A stretch of 64,000 nucleotides of DNA. Origin: Candidatus Latescibacterota bacterium. GTDB lineage: Bacteria; Latescibacterota; UBA2968; UBA8231. The stretch spans positions 5,408,001-5,472,000 of the forward strand of contig OZ241867.1 of NCBI GenBank assembly GCA_965203175.1, given 5' to 3'. A program made the translations under genes and the position numbers. The notes beneath the pieces were generated by a model. The model worked only from the letters and a program-made list of their open reading frames with translations. It searched no databases and had not been told where the DNA came from. The first letter of the stretch is position 1. Every line of letters begins with the position of its first letter. Positions 19,367 through 29,950 of this stretch are shown piece after piece.

Positions 19367-21352
19367 ATGAGATCGATAATCGGATGTCTCATGGGACTAA
19401 TATTGGGCATCAGTGCCAGTGCCGAGTCACTCGTCGAAGGGCGGGTGCGGCTAGCTTCGGGGCAACCGGTCGGCGGCGCACAAGTGCGGCTGTTTGCTGC
19501 GACCGACCTGGGCCGCTCGATTCGCACTACCACCGATGAGACCGGCTATTTTGCCTTGTCCCTAGCGGCATTGAGTACGAACGTCTTGGCGGAACAAACC
19601 GTCCTGCCGCAACAATTTTACTTAGGACAGAATTACCCCAACCCGTTCAACCCTTCTACAATCATTCCCTATCGCCTGCCGATCTCGACTAGGGTGCGGC
19701 TAGAAGTGCTCAACGTCTTGGGGCAGCGCCTAGCGACGTTGGTGGATGCGGAGCAGCCAGCGGGCTTTCACACAGCGACGTGGGATGGCACGGATGCGTC
19801 GGGACGGGGCGTCGCCGCAGGGGTATATCTGTATCGGCTAGTGGGCAATGAAGTGCGTTTAACTCGGTCGATGGTCCTGCTCGACGGAGCGGTTGGGAGC
19901 ACCTCTGCGGGTCCGGTGGGCAAGGAACTAGTGGGAGCGACGCAGGTTTATGGATTGACCGTCTCAGGCCAGGGCTTGATCCCCTACGTGGATCCGGCCT
20001 TTCGGGCAGGAGCCGATGCTGTCAATATTGTGGTCGAAGTACTCGACAGTGTTTCCCAAGATAAAGGGGCCGTGAATAGGTTGTTAGGCGACCTCGATAA
20101 CAACGGTCGCGTCGATTGGGCCGATGCGCTGCTAGCCGTCCTGTACAGCGAAGATTCCTCCATCGCTCTGCCCAACAACGGCGATATCTCCTTGGGCGAT
20201 GTCAGCCGAGACGGGCATATCGACCTAGCCGACGCCCAGCTTATCGAGGCGTATAGCATCGATCCGTTCCACCCGTTGCTGCCTGGGTGGATCGGCAAGC
20301 CGGTGGACCCGCCGCCACTCGAAGACCCGCGCCTGACGCAGATCGAGCTGCCGGAAGGGTTCCACATCCGCGTATACGCCAAAGGGGTACCCGGTGCTCG
20401 CTCGCTGAGCCTCAGCCCAGATGGCACCCTATTCGTCGGCACCCGGTCCCCCGGCCGCGTGTACGCACTGCGCGACGAAGACGGCGACCACAAGGCAGAG
20501 CGAGTCATCATCCTCGCCAAGGGACTGAATAGACCCAACGGCGTCGCCTTCAAGGACGGCGACCTGTACGTAGCCGAAATCAGCCGTATCCTGCGCTATC
20601 GCAACATTGAAGCGCACCTCGACAACCCGCCGCAACCGGAGATCGTCAACGACGCTTTCCCAACAGACCGCGCCCACGGCTGGAAGTTCATCCGCTTTGG
20701 CCCCGACGGTTTGCTGTACGTGCCGGTCGGTGCACCGTGCAACATCTGCGCTTCCCCCGATCCGTACGCGTCAATCGGCAGGTTGGACCCCGCCACGGGC
20801 GACTTCGAGGTCGTGTCCCGGGGCGTGCGCAATTCCGTTGGCTTCGACTGGCACCCGGAAACAGGGGAAATGTGGTTCACGGAAAACGGCAGAGACTGGA
20901 TGGGAGACGACATGCCGCCAGACGAACTGAACCGAGTAACCGCCGATGGGCAGCACTTCGGCTATCCCTACTGCCACGGCACCGACATCGCCGATCCAGC
21001 TTTCGGCGCTCAGCGTGGCTGCGGCGAGTTCGTTCCACCAGTCCAAGAACTCGGCCCGCACGTAGCCGCCCTTGGGATGCGCTTTTACACTGGCAACATG
21101 TTTCCGGCGGAATACCGCAATCATATCTTCATCGCCGAACACGGCTCTTGGAACCGCAGCCGCAAGATCGGCTACCGCCTCACCCTAGTGCGTTTGGCCA
21201 CCGACGGGGCGGTCAGTTACGAGCCGTTCGCGGAAGGCTGGCTACAGGGAGAATCGAACTGGGGCCGGCCGGTTGACGTTCTCGTGATGCCCGATGGTTC
21301 ACTGCTGGTCTCGGACGATCAGGCCGGTCTAATCTATCGAATCAGTCACTGA
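19367..21352 (+). CDS. Secreted modular protein: carboxypeptidase-reg-like + FlgD-Ig/T9SS-CTD-like + dockerin-like + PQQ-dependent sugar/sorbosone dehydrogenase
   Basis: QNYPNPFNPST...WDGTDASGRGVAAGVYLYRL; GDLDNNGRVDWAD and GDVSRDGHIDLAD; HGWKFIRFGPDG, GVRNSVG, EHGSWNR, GRPVDV. Confidence 0.85.
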   Translation: MRSIIGCLMGLILGISASAESLVEGRVRLASGQPVGGAQVRLFAATDLGRSIRTTTDETGYFALSLAALSTNVLAEQTVLPQQFYLGQNYPNPFNPSTIIPYRLPISTRVRLEVLNVLGQRLATLVDAEQPAGFHTATWDGTDASGRGVAAGVYLYRLVGNEVRLTRSMVLLDGAVGSTSAGPVGKELVGATQVYGLTVSGQGLIPYVDPAFRAGADAVNIVVEVLDSVSQDKGAVNRLLGDLDNNGRVDWADALLAVLYSEDSSIALPNNGDISLGDVSRDGHIDLADAQLIEAYSIDPFHPLLPGWIGKPVDPPPLEDPRLTQIELPEGFHIRVYAKGVPGARSLSLSPDGTLFVGTRSPGRVYALRDEDGDHKAERVIILAKGLNRPNGVAFKDGDLYVAEISRILRYRNIEAHLDNPPQPEIVNDAFPTDRAHGWKFIRFGPDGLLYVPVGAPCNICASPDPYASIGRLDPATGDFEVVSRGVRNSVGFDWHPETGEMWFTENGRDWMGDDMPPDELNRVTADGQHFGYPYCHGTDIADPAFGAQRGCGEFVPPVQELGPHVAALGMRFYTGNMFPAEYRNHIFIAEHGSWNRSRKIGYRLTLVRLATDGAVSYEPFAEGWLQGESNWGRPVDVLVMPDGSLLVSDDQAGLIYRISH

Positions 21353-22149
21353 GGCCGCGTATACAACGCTTCAAACCGGTCCTTGGCCTCCCAGCCCAAG
21401 AGCCGCTTGGCCTTGTCGGGCCGGTACTTGTCGTGCGGCAGCTGCGCACAGATAAAGAAATCCTCGTACGGCGATGGCATCTCGGGTGCCCGCAACCCAT
21501 ACAAGAACGCCTCCCCGGTGTCCTCCCACGAGGTCGAGTATGGATACACGCCCTGCCCATGTTCCTCGGGCAGGACTTCCCTCGGCCGAAAATGCGTATA
21601 GACAAAGGTGAGCACCTCCAAGCCCTCGCGCTCGGCAAACACGCGCGTAATGTGCCCCCCGAGATACTTGCTCACTGCGTAGAGATCCTTGCCTGGATGC
21701 AGCGGGATGTCTGCTTCCACTTGGAAGTCGTTCCAATAGTCGGCATTGTGGCCCAGTGAGGTGTGAAAAGGCCCAGTGTGGATCAGCCTTTTTATCCCGC
21801 AGGCCACGCAGGCTTTGGCCACGTTGTACGCGCCGACCATGTTGACTTGGAAGGCCAGTACTGGATGCGGCCGGACGACGGACACATTGATCGCCGCGTC
21901 CATGCCCTCGCAGGCCGCCAACACTTGCGCGTAGTCGGTAATATCGACAACCCGATTTTCGTGCGGCGATCCCAACACCTCCGGAATCGGTGCCCGGGGA
22001 TTTTGCGGCGACGCGGCCGCTACTTCCGTCATTGGCCGGAGATCGGTCACCCGCAACGTGTAGTGATCTTTGAGTGCGGCAATCGCCGTAGCGCCGACCG
22101 GACCACCCGCTCCAAACAACACCACCTTGCCTTCGTTCACCGTTGCCAT
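21346..22149 (-). CDS. NAD-dependent epimerase/dehydratase (extended SDR)
   Basis: GAGGPVG and YAVSK motifs. Confidence 0.8.
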   Translation of the reverse strand: MATVNEGKVVLFGAGGPVGATAIAALKDHYTLRVTDLRPMTEVAAASPQNPRAPIPEVLGSPHENRVVDITDYAQVLAACEGMDAAINVSVVRPHPVLAFQVNMVGAYNVAKACVACGIKRLIHTGPFHTSLGHNADYWNDFQVEADIPLHPGKDLYAVSKYLGGHITRVFAEREGLEVLTFVYTHFRPREVLPEEHGQGVYPYSTSWEDTGEAFLYGLRAPEMPSPYEDFFICAQLPHDKYRPDKAKRLLGWEAKDRFEALYTRPQ

Positions 22150-22159
22150 AATGCCCCCT

Positions 22160-22759
22160 TTAGGCGAAGCGCCCGCTCGACGCTACGTGCGCCAGCGACC
22201 AGTGGTGCCCTTTGCGCTCGGCGGTTAGGGCTTGGCGCACCGCTTCCACAGCGTCGTCGGTCGTGGTCTCCTCATCCAATTCACCGAAGCGTAAACAGCG
22301 CACCTCAATCTGACCAGTGCGGGCGGTCTCGCGGCCGACTAATTCGGCCATAAGCGGTGCCAGCGACCCGGCTTCCGCCTTCGGCAAGGCATTCCACTGC
22401 GGATCGACTAGATATTCCTCCGGGTAGTCGCGCACCAAATCGAGGCGACTCAACAGCACCGCTTTCTCAATGCCCACGGCACAGGCCGCCGTCAACGCCA
22501 CGTAGGTTCCCCGCGCCGCAGTATCGAGCACGGCCCCTTCGTCGTCGCCAGCCGGGTCGCCGCCCGCCGCGTGGACAATGGCCCCCACGCCTGCCAGCGC
22601 CGGATCTAATACCTCGCGCTGAAGCAAATCGACCTGCCGGTAGCCAGCTAGGTCGCTCGTCTCCTCTGCACCGAGCGACACCACTTCAAAATCCGCGCCC
22701 AACTCAGCCGCCAGTAGCGCTCCCCAAGGGCGGTCCGCGCCGATTATCGCCACGCGCAT
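22160..22759 (-). CDS. NAD(P)-binding Rossmann-fold protein (degenerate extended SDR)
   Basis: MRVAIIGAD, AIVHAA, LRFG; no YxxxK; GAGGAG RBS. Confidence 0.65.
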   Translation of the reverse strand: MRVAIIGADRPWGALLAAELGADFEVVSLGAEETSDLAGYRQVDLLQREVLDPALAGVGAIVHAAGGDPAGDDEGAVLDTAARGTYVALTAACAVGIEKAVLLSRLDLVRDYPEEYLVDPQWNALPKAEAGSLAPLMAELVGRETARTGQIEVRCLRFGELDEETTTDDAVEAVRQALTAERKGHHWSLAHVASSGRFA

Positions 22760-22769
22760 AACATCTCCT

Positions 22770-23570
22770 CTACCAAGAAAGTTTCTCAGACAAATTGTGA
22801 AAAAAGTAATTATCGTCGAGGTATATCAACCGCGCCGTGTGCGCAGCTTGACCGACGTACACTTCCTGCTCGGGGGCTAAGCTGCATATCTCGTAACCAT
22901 CGGCAATGAGCGCCACCTGACTGTCTACGGTCTCAGGGCTGACGCGCAGCCGCACTCGTTTTTCAGCCGGCAGGATCAAGGTCCGCGACGTGAAGTTGTA
23001 TTCGTTGATGCCGTCGAGCAGCATGCAGCGCACTTCGGGCATGACCAGCGGCGCGCCCATCGACAACAACAGCCCGGTGCTGCCCGTTGGCGTGCCGACG
23101 ACCACGCCATCGCCGCGAATGGTGCGAATTTTGGCATCGTCAACGAATACGTCCGTCGAGAGCATCTTGTGATGTGCCCGCAAGGTCACCTCGTTGAAGA
23201 CCAACCCCTCGCCGCAGGGATGGCGGCAAGAGAGCACCAAGCGTTCGCTGACGAAGTACTGGCCATCAACTAAGAGCTCGACTATGCGCGCCAAATCCTT
23301 GCGGTCCCCAGCGGTCAAAAAGCCGACGGTGCCGAAATTGATCGCCAGCACTGGCCGCTGCGGGAAGCGCGCAAAGGCGCGGAGCACTGTGCCATCGCCT
23401 CCAAGCGCAATAACCAAATCTAGGTCGTCCGGACGCTCATCGCTCTCGATAAAGCGCACCTGAATCCCATGCGGATCAAACAGGTCGCGCACCTCGGAGA
23501 CCAGATAGTCCAAATCCTGGTCACGCGGCAGGACCCCGACCTTTTTCAGTTCGAGTTGCACCGACGCCAA
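22770..23570 (-). CDS. nadK: NAD kinase
   Basis: LGGDGT, GTVGFLT, NE, GDGVVVGTPTGST. Confidence 0.85.
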   Translation of the reverse strand: MASVQLELKKVGVLPRDQDLDYLVSEVRDLFDPHGIQVRFIESDERPDDLDLVIALGGDGTVLRAFARFPQRPVLAINFGTVGFLTAGDRKDLARIVELLVDGQYFVSERLVLSCRHPCGEGLVFNEVTLRAHHKMLSTDVFVDDAKIRTIRGDGVVVGTPTGSTGLLLSMGAPLVMPEVRCMLLDGINEYNFTSRTLILPAEKRVRLRVSPETVDSQVALIADGYEICSLAPEQEVYVGQAAHTARLIYLDDNYFFHNLSEKLSW

Positions 23571-23580
23571 CCTCGGGGGG

Positions 23581-24492
23581 CTACTCGGCCCGCGCTTGTC
23601 TGTCGGCTTGGGCCTCGTAGGCCTTGATCAGCGCCTGAGTCCCCTCTTCGGCGCAACCAGCGCGCTCGACGATGTTGAAAAACTGGTGGGCTATGCTCAC
23701 GGCCGGCAGAGCCAGCTTGACATCGTTGGCCGCCTGCAACACCAACCGCAGGTCCTTTTGCTGCAAATAGACCATAAAGCCTGGGTCAAAATCGCCAGCG
23801 GCAATGCGCGGACCTAAATTGCTCAACTGCCAAGAGCCAGCCGCTCCGCCGCTGATGGCGTCGATGACCTTTTGCACGTCCAAGTCGGAGGTCGCCGCCA
23901 GCATCAGGGCCTCGGCCATCGCCATGTTGTTGACCGAAACCGCGATCTGATTGCAGAGCTTGGTGGTCTGTCCAGCGCCGTTGGAACCAATCAAGTTGAT
24001 GTTGGTACCCATCGCCTCAAAGACCGGTAGGCACTGATTAAAAACGGCCTCGTCGCCGCCGACCATGATCGACAGAGTGCCATTGATCGCGCCCACATCC
24101 CCGCCGCTGACGGGTGCATCGAGCATGGCCACGCCCCGCTCCTGCAAGGCCGCGGCCACTTCGCGGGTAACTTTGGGCGACACCGTGCTCATATCGATGA
24201 CAACTGCGCCCTCTTTGGCCCCGTGGATCGCGCCCTCCTCGCCCACGAGCACGGCCTCCATATCGGGCGTGTCCGTGACGATACTGATAATGACATCCGC
24301 ACCCGTCGCCGCCGCCTTGGGCGAACCGACGCGCACTCCACCCGCGGCGACGACCTCGTCAACGCGCGACCGGTCGCTGCGGTTGTATGCGTTGAGTTGA
24401 TAGCCGGCTTTGAGCAGGTTCTTGGCCATGGGCGCGCCCATGATCCCCAAGCCGATAAAGCCGATTTGCGTTTGCCCCGGTGCTGCTGACAT
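23581..24492 (-). CDS. 3-hydroxyisobutyrate dehydrogenase / 2-hydroxy-3-oxopropionate reductase family
   Basis: FIGLGIMGAPMA, DAPVSGG, KLCNQ, KDL. Confidence 0.9.
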   Translation of the reverse strand: MSAAPGQTQIGFIGLGIMGAPMAKNLLKAGYQLNAYNRSDRSRVDEVVAAGGVRVGSPKAAATGADVIISIVTDTPDMEAVLVGEEGAIHGAKEGAVVIDMSTVSPKVTREVAAALQERGVAMLDAPVSGGDVGAINGTLSIMVGGDEAVFNQCLPVFEAMGTNINLIGSNGAGQTTKLCNQIAVSVNNMAMAEALMLAATSDLDVQKVIDAISGGAAGSWQLSNLGPRIAAGDFDPGFMVYLQQKDLRLVLQAANDVKLALPAVSIAHQFFNIVERAGCAEEGTQALIKAYEAQADRQARAE

Positions 24493-24506
24493 GATTCCTC
24501 TCCAAT

Positions 24507-26327
24507 CTAAAACGTGAAAAAGCGATGTCTGTTGTCCTCGATCTCGGCTGTCTCGTACAGGTGCATAAACCAGTTCTGCACGGCCTCCTGCTCGCGCTGG
24601 GTCTGCAGTTGAGCGACGACCTGCTCGCGCTGCGCGGCGAATTGCTCCTCATCCACCGGTGTCTTCTCCAGCAGTTTCAGCAAGTAAGCACCTCGATTGC
24701 TACCTTCGGCGACCTCGATCACTTCGCTGAGCCGGCCCTCTTCCAAGCGGAAGGCCGCGCCGATCACTGCGTTAGCACGACCTAGACCCTCCACCGATTC
24801 GGTGCGCGCAAAAGCCTCGGGAGTGTGAAACTCCACCCCGGAATTTTGCGCCGCTTGAGCCAAGGTGGCCCCGGCTCCTACTTCCCGCCGCACGGCCTCC
24901 AGTTGGGCCGCGGCGCGGGCGGCCTTTTTGCGCGCGCGCACCAACGGCTCAAGTCGGTCCGTTAGCTCGTCTAAGGGTGCTACGCCCTCAGGCCGCTTGG
25001 CCACTAACTGCGCCACCCACAGCCCCGAGTCGTCCTCGACGACCTGACTAACGGTCCCAGGCTCCTGTTCAAAAAACCAGTTGACGAGCCACGTCGTGTT
25101 CGCACTGATGCCCGGCATAGCTTGGCTCTTGCGCAGGAAATTCGTAGTCGTCGCCTCGGTGCCAGAGGCTGAGAGCGTGGCCGCAAAGCCCTCGGCTGTG
25201 GCCTGCTCCTGGAACACCTCAGCCCGGCTGCGCAGACTATCTTCAGTCGTGCGCGAGGGCTGGTACCTGAGCAGGATGTGGCGGGCGTGCACCCTCTCCC
25301 CGCTGCTTTCCTCCAAGCGTTCTTCCACCTTGATCAGATGCCAGCCATAGCGCGTCTGCACTGGCTCGGAAAGCTCGCCGGGTGCCAAGGCAAAGGCCGC
25401 TTCCTCAAAGGGCGCAACCATCTGACCGCGACCAAAAAAACCGAGGTCGCCGCCTCGGGCAGCTGAACCTTCGTCATCGGAGACCACTCCAGCCAACTCG
25501 GCGAAATCTGCGCCGGCCTCGATCTCTTGGCGAATTCGCTCAATTTCCTCTTTGATCTCCAGCGAATCCTCAGCGCTGGCCACCTTGGGGAAGGACACGT
25601 ATTCCAGCTTTACCTGATCGGGGTGCTCGTAGTCGGCTGCGTTCTCTTGGTAGTAGGCAGCTAAATCATCGTCGGAGACCTCAATCTCGTCGTCCGCAGC
25701 GTCGCTGGGGGCGAACGCGTATTCGACGCGTACCTTTTCGTTGACCTCAGCAAAGTACTGGCGCGCCTCGCTGGGGCTCACCTGCGCGGTGCCCCGCAAC
25801 ATCCGCTGTAGTCTGTAATCGAGCAATTGCCGCTTAATCATACTCTCGATCCCCAAGACTAAGGCTTGGTTGTTGGGGTCGCTGAGATTGGCCGGATTGC
25901 CGATGAACTGGGCGTACTTGTCCATATCGAACGCGCCGTCGGTTTGAAAGGTCTCGAATTCGCGCACGGCCTGCGGGGGGTTACTCCGCGTGTAATAGGC
26001 GATTTCCCCGTCAGTTATCTCAAAGCCCAAGCGCTCGTACTCTTGGGTTAGGATGATCTCGCGGACGTAGTAGTCCCATACCTGCTGCACGAGCAGGGCT
26101 TGGTCGGCGCGCTGCTCCTGCGGCATCTGGCGCGCCAGCCGCCGCAACGCGTCTTGGAACTCCTGGAGCGAAATGGTCTCGCCATTGATCACGCCGACCG
26201 TATCGCCGGCGGCGTTGGGGCGCGCGCCCGAGTAGTCAGCCCCCCATTCAACGACGATCAAGCCGATGAAGGCGAATATCACAAACCACAGAACGAGCAC
26301 CGTCTTTTGGCGCAACAAAGTCATCAT
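24507..26327 (-). CDS. PpiD/SurA-like peptidyl-prolyl isomerase chaperone
   Basis: N-terminal TM anchor, SurA N-domain, parvulin motif [21 protein letters not shown]...[11 protein letters not shown]. Confidence 0.88.
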   Translation of the reverse strand: MMTLLRQKTVLVLWFVIFAFIGLIVVEWGADYSGARPNAAGDTVGVINGETISLQEFQDALRRLARQMPQEQRADQALLVQQVWDYYVREIILTQEYERLGFEITDGEIAYYTRSNPPQAVREFETFQTDGAFDMDKYAQFIGNPANLSDPNNQALVLGIESMIKRQLLDYRLQRMLRGTAQVSPSEARQYFAEVNEKVRVEYAFAPSDAADDEIEVSDDDLAAYYQENAADYEHPDQVKLEYVSFPKVASAEDSLEIKEEIERIRQEIEAGADFAELAGVVSDDEGSAARGGDLGFFGRGQMVAPFEEAAFALAPGELSEPVQTRYGWHLIKVEERLEESSGERVHARHILLRYQPSRTTEDSLRSRAEVFQEQATAEGFAATLSASGTEATTTNFLRKSQAMPGISANTTWLVNWFFEQEPGTVSQVVEDDSGLWVAQLVAKRPEGVAPLDELTDRLEPLVRARKKAARAAAQLEAVRREVGAGATLAQAAQNSGVEFHTPEAFARTESVEGLGRANAVIGAAFRLEEGRLSEVIEVAEGSNRGAYLLKLLEKTPVDEEQFAAQREQVVAQLQTQREQEAVQNWFMHLYETAEIEDNRHRFFTF

Positions 26328-26344
26328 AAGCTATAGTTCTCCTG

Positions 26345-27373
26345 CTATCTTGCGTTTTTTTCTTTGGCCTCGGCAACCAGCCGATTTTTTAGCTCCGCGG
26401 GATAGCGAAGCAGACAAGCCGTACAGTGGCCGCCGCCCAGATCGACGAGGCGTGGCACCACGCGAGTGCATATCTCTTCGCGCTCTGGGCAGCGCGGATG
26501 AAAGGCGCATCCCGAGGGTACGGCCGCCGGATTGGGCGCGTCGCCCTCCAAGAGGACGCGCTGCCGCTTAGTCCGCGGGTCGGGCGCGGGCACGGCCGCC
26601 AGCAGCGCGCTCGTATAGGGATGGGACGGCTGGCGGTAAAGCTGATCGCGAGCCGCCACTTCGACTATGCGTCCCAAGTACATCACGGCCACCCGGTCCG
26701 AAATGTGGCGCACCACACTCAAGTCGTGGGCAATAAACATATACGTTAGGCCCAAATCGCGCTGTAGGTCTTGCAGCAAGTTGATAATCTGGGCCTGCAC
26801 CGAAACGTCCAGCGCAGACACGGGCTCATCGGCGACGATAAATTGCGGTCGCACTGCCAAGGCGCGAGCAATGCCAATGCGCTGGCGCTGGCCGCCGGAA
26901 AACTCGTGCGGGTAGCGCCGCGCGCCGTCCGCCGGCAACCCAACCATCTCCAGTAACTCCCCTATCCGCTCGGCCAACTCGGCGCGCTCGGCCAGCCCGT
27001 GGACCTTCAGGGCCTCGCCGATGATGCCGCCCACCGTCATCCGCGGATTGAGCGACGCATAGGGGTCTTGGAAGATGATCTGCATGTCCCGCCGCTGCCG
27101 CCGCATGGCTTCTTTGCCCAACCCCAACAGGTCAACCCCGGCAAAACGCACCTGCCCAGCCGTGGCCTCGACGAGCCGCAGCATGATCCTACCCAGCGTG
27201 GTCTTGCCGCAACCGCTCTCGCCGACTACGCCCAAGGTCTCGCCGCGCTCAATCGCCAGATCAACTCCATCGACGGCCTTGACATGGGCCTGTACCCGAC
27301 CCCAAAACCCCCGGCGCACGGGAAAGTGTTTTTTGAGTCCCTCCACCTCGACCAAGGGCGCGGCTTCGCTCAT
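26345..27373 (-). CDS. oppF: Oligopeptide/dipeptide ABC transporter ATP-binding protein
   Basis: [32 protein letters not shown]. Start ATG 27373. Confidence 0.9.
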   Translation of the reverse strand: MSEAAPLVEVEGLKKHFPVRRGFWGRVQAHVKAVDGVDLAIERGETLGVVGESGCGKTTLGRIMLRLVEATAGQVRFAGVDLLGLGKEAMRRQRRDMQIIFQDPYASLNPRMTVGGIIGEALKVHGLAERAELAERIGELLEMVGLPADGARRYPHEFSGGQRQRIGIARALAVRPQFIVADEPVSALDVSVQAQIINLLQDLQRDLGLTYMFIAHDLSVVRHISDRVAVMYLGRIVEVAARDQLYRQPSHPYTSALLAAVPAPDPRTKRQRVLLEGDAPNPAAVPSGCAFHPRCPEREEICTRVVPRLVDLGGGHCTACLLRYPAELKNRLVAEAKEKNAR

Positions 27374-28350
27374 GCGTCCCCCGCTTTCCAACAGCTCGCC
27401 CAGTGCGCGGGCTCAATTTCCTCTAGCGCTGGCACTTCCGCCCGACAGTGATCGTCGGCCAGCGGGCAACGCGGGGCAAAGCGACACCCTTGTGGGAAAG
27501 CGCGGGCGTCGGGCACCACGCCCGGGATGATGTCCAATCGCTCCTGCTCGGCGTCCAGCCGAGGGATCGAGCGCAGCAAACCGCGCGTATAAGGGTGCCG
27601 CGGGCGAGCAAAGAGCGATTGCGTTTCCGCGTATTCGACTATTCGGCCAGCGTACATGACTGCCACTTGATCGGCGGTCTCGGCGATCACGCCGAGGTCG
27701 TGGGTGATCATCACAATCGCCATTTGCAGGGACTCTTGCAGCGACTCCAACAGCGCGAGGATCTGCGCTTGAATCGTCACGTCAAGGGCCGTGGTCGGCT
27801 CGTCGGCAATCAGCACGTCTGGATTGCACGACAGCGCCATGGCGATCATCACCCGCTGGCGCATTCCGCCCGATAGCTGGTGGGGGTATTCGTCGATCCG
27901 CTGTTCGGGCGCTGGAATCCCCACCAGTTGCAGCATCTCGATCGCTCGGGTGCGTGCTTCCTGCATGGGAACCTGCTGGTGCAGGACCACGGCCTCGGCG
28001 ATCTGGAACCCGCAGGTCAGCACCGGATTGAGACTCGTCATCGGCTCTTGAAAAATCATCGCGATGTCGTCACCACGCACTCGGCTCATCTCTTCCTCGT
28101 CCAGCGCGAGCAAGTCGCGCCCCTTGAGCAGGATCTGCCCAGCCTCAATGCGGCCCGGCGGATCGGGCACCAAGCGCATAATCGAGAAGGCACTGACGCT
28201 CTTGCCACAGCCGCTTTCGCCGACCAGCCCCAGCGTCTGGCCCCGCCCCACCGCAAACGACACCCCATCGACGGCGCGGGCGACGCCCTCTTCCGTGTGG
28301 AAGTAGGTCCGCAAGTCGCGAACTTCTAACACGAGATCCTGCGCGATCAT
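27370..28350 (-). CDS. oppD: Oligopeptide/dipeptide ABC transporter ATP-binding protein
   Basis: [31 protein letters not shown]. Start ATG 28350. Confidence 0.9.
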   Translation of the reverse strand: MIAQDLVLEVRDLRTYFHTEEGVARAVDGVSFAVGRGQTLGLVGESGCGKSVSAFSIMRLVPDPPGRIEAGQILLKGRDLLALDEEEMSRVRGDDIAMIFQEPMTSLNPVLTCGFQIAEAVVLHQQVPMQEARTRAIEMLQLVGIPAPEQRIDEYPHQLSGGMRQRVMIAMALSCNPDVLIADEPTTALDVTIQAQILALLESLQESLQMAIVMITHDLGVIAETADQVAVMYAGRIVEYAETQSLFARPRHPYTRGLLRSIPRLDAEQERLDIIPGVVPDARAFPQGCRFAPRCPLADDHCRAEVPALEEIEPAHWASCWKAGDA

Positions 28351-29126
28351 GCGCGATCCTTTTCCCAGGTACCAGCCCGGCACACCTCATCGGCGGCCAG
28401 CGCGCCCCAGTGCATTTTTGCGCCGAGTTGACGACTGAAGCCCTCGACTAGGCAATCGATCAATTCGGCCCGGTCGATGGGCCGACCCATGCAGGACTGC
28501 AAATCCGTACTGTGCGCTCGTACCTGCCGGGTCCATTTTTGCCGCGTGTCCTCGTCAATCCGAACAAGTTGGGGCAAGCGCTCGTGCGCCCGGCCGAGCA
28601 AAATCGACCCGTGTTGCAGCAAGCGACGTCCGTAGCGCCGCTGCGCACTGCCGACCAACTTGCGCTGCTGGCACTTGAGCTCCCAGCGCGCCGTGCTACC
28701 AAAGCAAGGACCCGATCGCAAGTCTCCAACGCAGCGACCAGCCCTTTCCAACTCTACGGGGGCCCCGAAAAGCCGCAGCCCCTCGGCCAAGCACGCACCA
28801 ATCTTGCGATGCGTAGCTCCTATCCCGCCACCGGAGACCAATACCTCCGCAGTGCAAGCGACGCTGTAGGTCAATTCCTCCCAGTGCAGCACTGCGCGCC
28901 CGCCGGTGGGCCGGCGCACCACGTCAATGCCCAGCGCGCGGCAGGCTTCTACATTAGCCTCGCGCTCGGGCTGCTGGTTCCATCCGCAGGAAACAGCCGG
29001 CGGATCCCAGTCGTAGAACCGCAGCACGGGGCCTTGGGCCGCGTCCGCGGCGAGGACCTGATCGACGCCCATGTTGTACGCGCCACAGTTCGCACCCGTA
29101 TCGACGACGCGCCAGGCAAGGCCCAT
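28347..29126 (-). CDS. Lipoate-protein ligase A / octanoyltransferase LipM family
   Basis: [30 protein letters not shown]. Start ATG 29126 (TAATG overlap with rnc). Confidence 0.85.
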   Translation of the reverse strand: MGLAWRVVDTGANCGAYNMGVDQVLAADAAQGPVLRFYDWDPPAVSCGWNQQPEREANVEACRALGIDVVRRPTGGRAVLHWEELTYSVACTAEVLVSGGGIGATHRKIGACLAEGLRLFGAPVELERAGRCVGDLRSGPCFGSTARWELKCQQRKLVGSAQRRYGRRLLQHGSILLGRAHERLPQLVRIDEDTRQKWTRQVRAHSTDLQSCMGRPIDRAELIDCLVEGFSRQLGAKMHWGALAADEVCRAGTWEKDRA

Positions 29127-29884
29127 TAGAGCGCGTCCAAACCCTCGAGGGCGTCCTTGGCTGCCATCTGTTGGGCCTCCTTCTTGCTCCGCCCCTGGCC
29201 CCAACCCATGCGCTGGCCAGTGATGCACACTTCGACGCTGAAAAGCTTGTCGTGGTCTGGCCCATGCTCTGCATGAACCAAGTAGCGGGGGTGGCCATTG
29301 CCCATGCTCTGCGAGTATTCGAGCAACCTGCTCTTGAAGTTGAAGTTCGCGTCCGGTTGAACTATTTGATGAAAATCCGCCAGCACCGCACGCCGAACAC
29401 AGGAGCGGGCAGCCTCTAAACCACCGTCGAGATAGATCGCCCCAATCAGTGACTCCAAGGTGTCGCAGAGGATTGACGGCCGCTGTCCGCCGTTGGATCC
29501 GCGCTCGTCCTCACTCAGCAACACAAAGGCCCCCAGCCCAAGACGGTCCGCTTGGCGCGCCAGCGCCTTGCGGCTGACTAATTGCGACTTCATCTGGGTC
29601 AACTCACCCTCTCCCTTGTCCTCAAAGCGGCGATAGAGGTAGTCGGTGACCAACAACTCCAGCACGGCGTCGCCGAGAAATTCGAGCCGCTCGTTCGACT
29701 CGATGCGGTCGCGGCCCTCCTCCGCATACACATACGATCGATGCTTGAGGGCCTTGACCAACAAATCCCTGTTCTTAAAATGGTAGCCCAACAGCTCTTC
29801 GAGAGCATGCCGCGAATCCGCGGTGCGATCTTCTGGGACACTCGCCGGCTTGCGGCGATTCCAAAGAGTTGCAATCCAGCTCAT
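29126..29884 (-). CDS. rnc: Ribonuclease III
   Basis: NERLEFLGDAVL signature; dsRBD GRSKKEAQQMAA. Confidence 0.96.
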   Translation of the reverse strand: MSWIATLWNRRKPASVPEDRTADSRHALEELLGYHFKNRDLLVKALKHRSYVYAEEGRDRIESNERLEFLGDAVLELLVTDYLYRRFEDKGEGELTQMKSQLVSRKALARQADRLGLGAFVLLSEDERGSNGGQRPSILCDTLESLIGAIYLDGGLEAARSCVRRAVLADFHQIVQPDANFNFKSRLLEYSQSMGNGHPRYLVHAEHGPDHDKLFSVEVCITGQRMGWGQGRSKKEAQQMAAKDALEGLDAL

Positions 29885-29950
29885 CAGCTTAATACCCGAT
29901 TAAAAACCTCGTTTGTACGGGGAGTGCTCGGGGGATGCTGGGGAAGTGCG

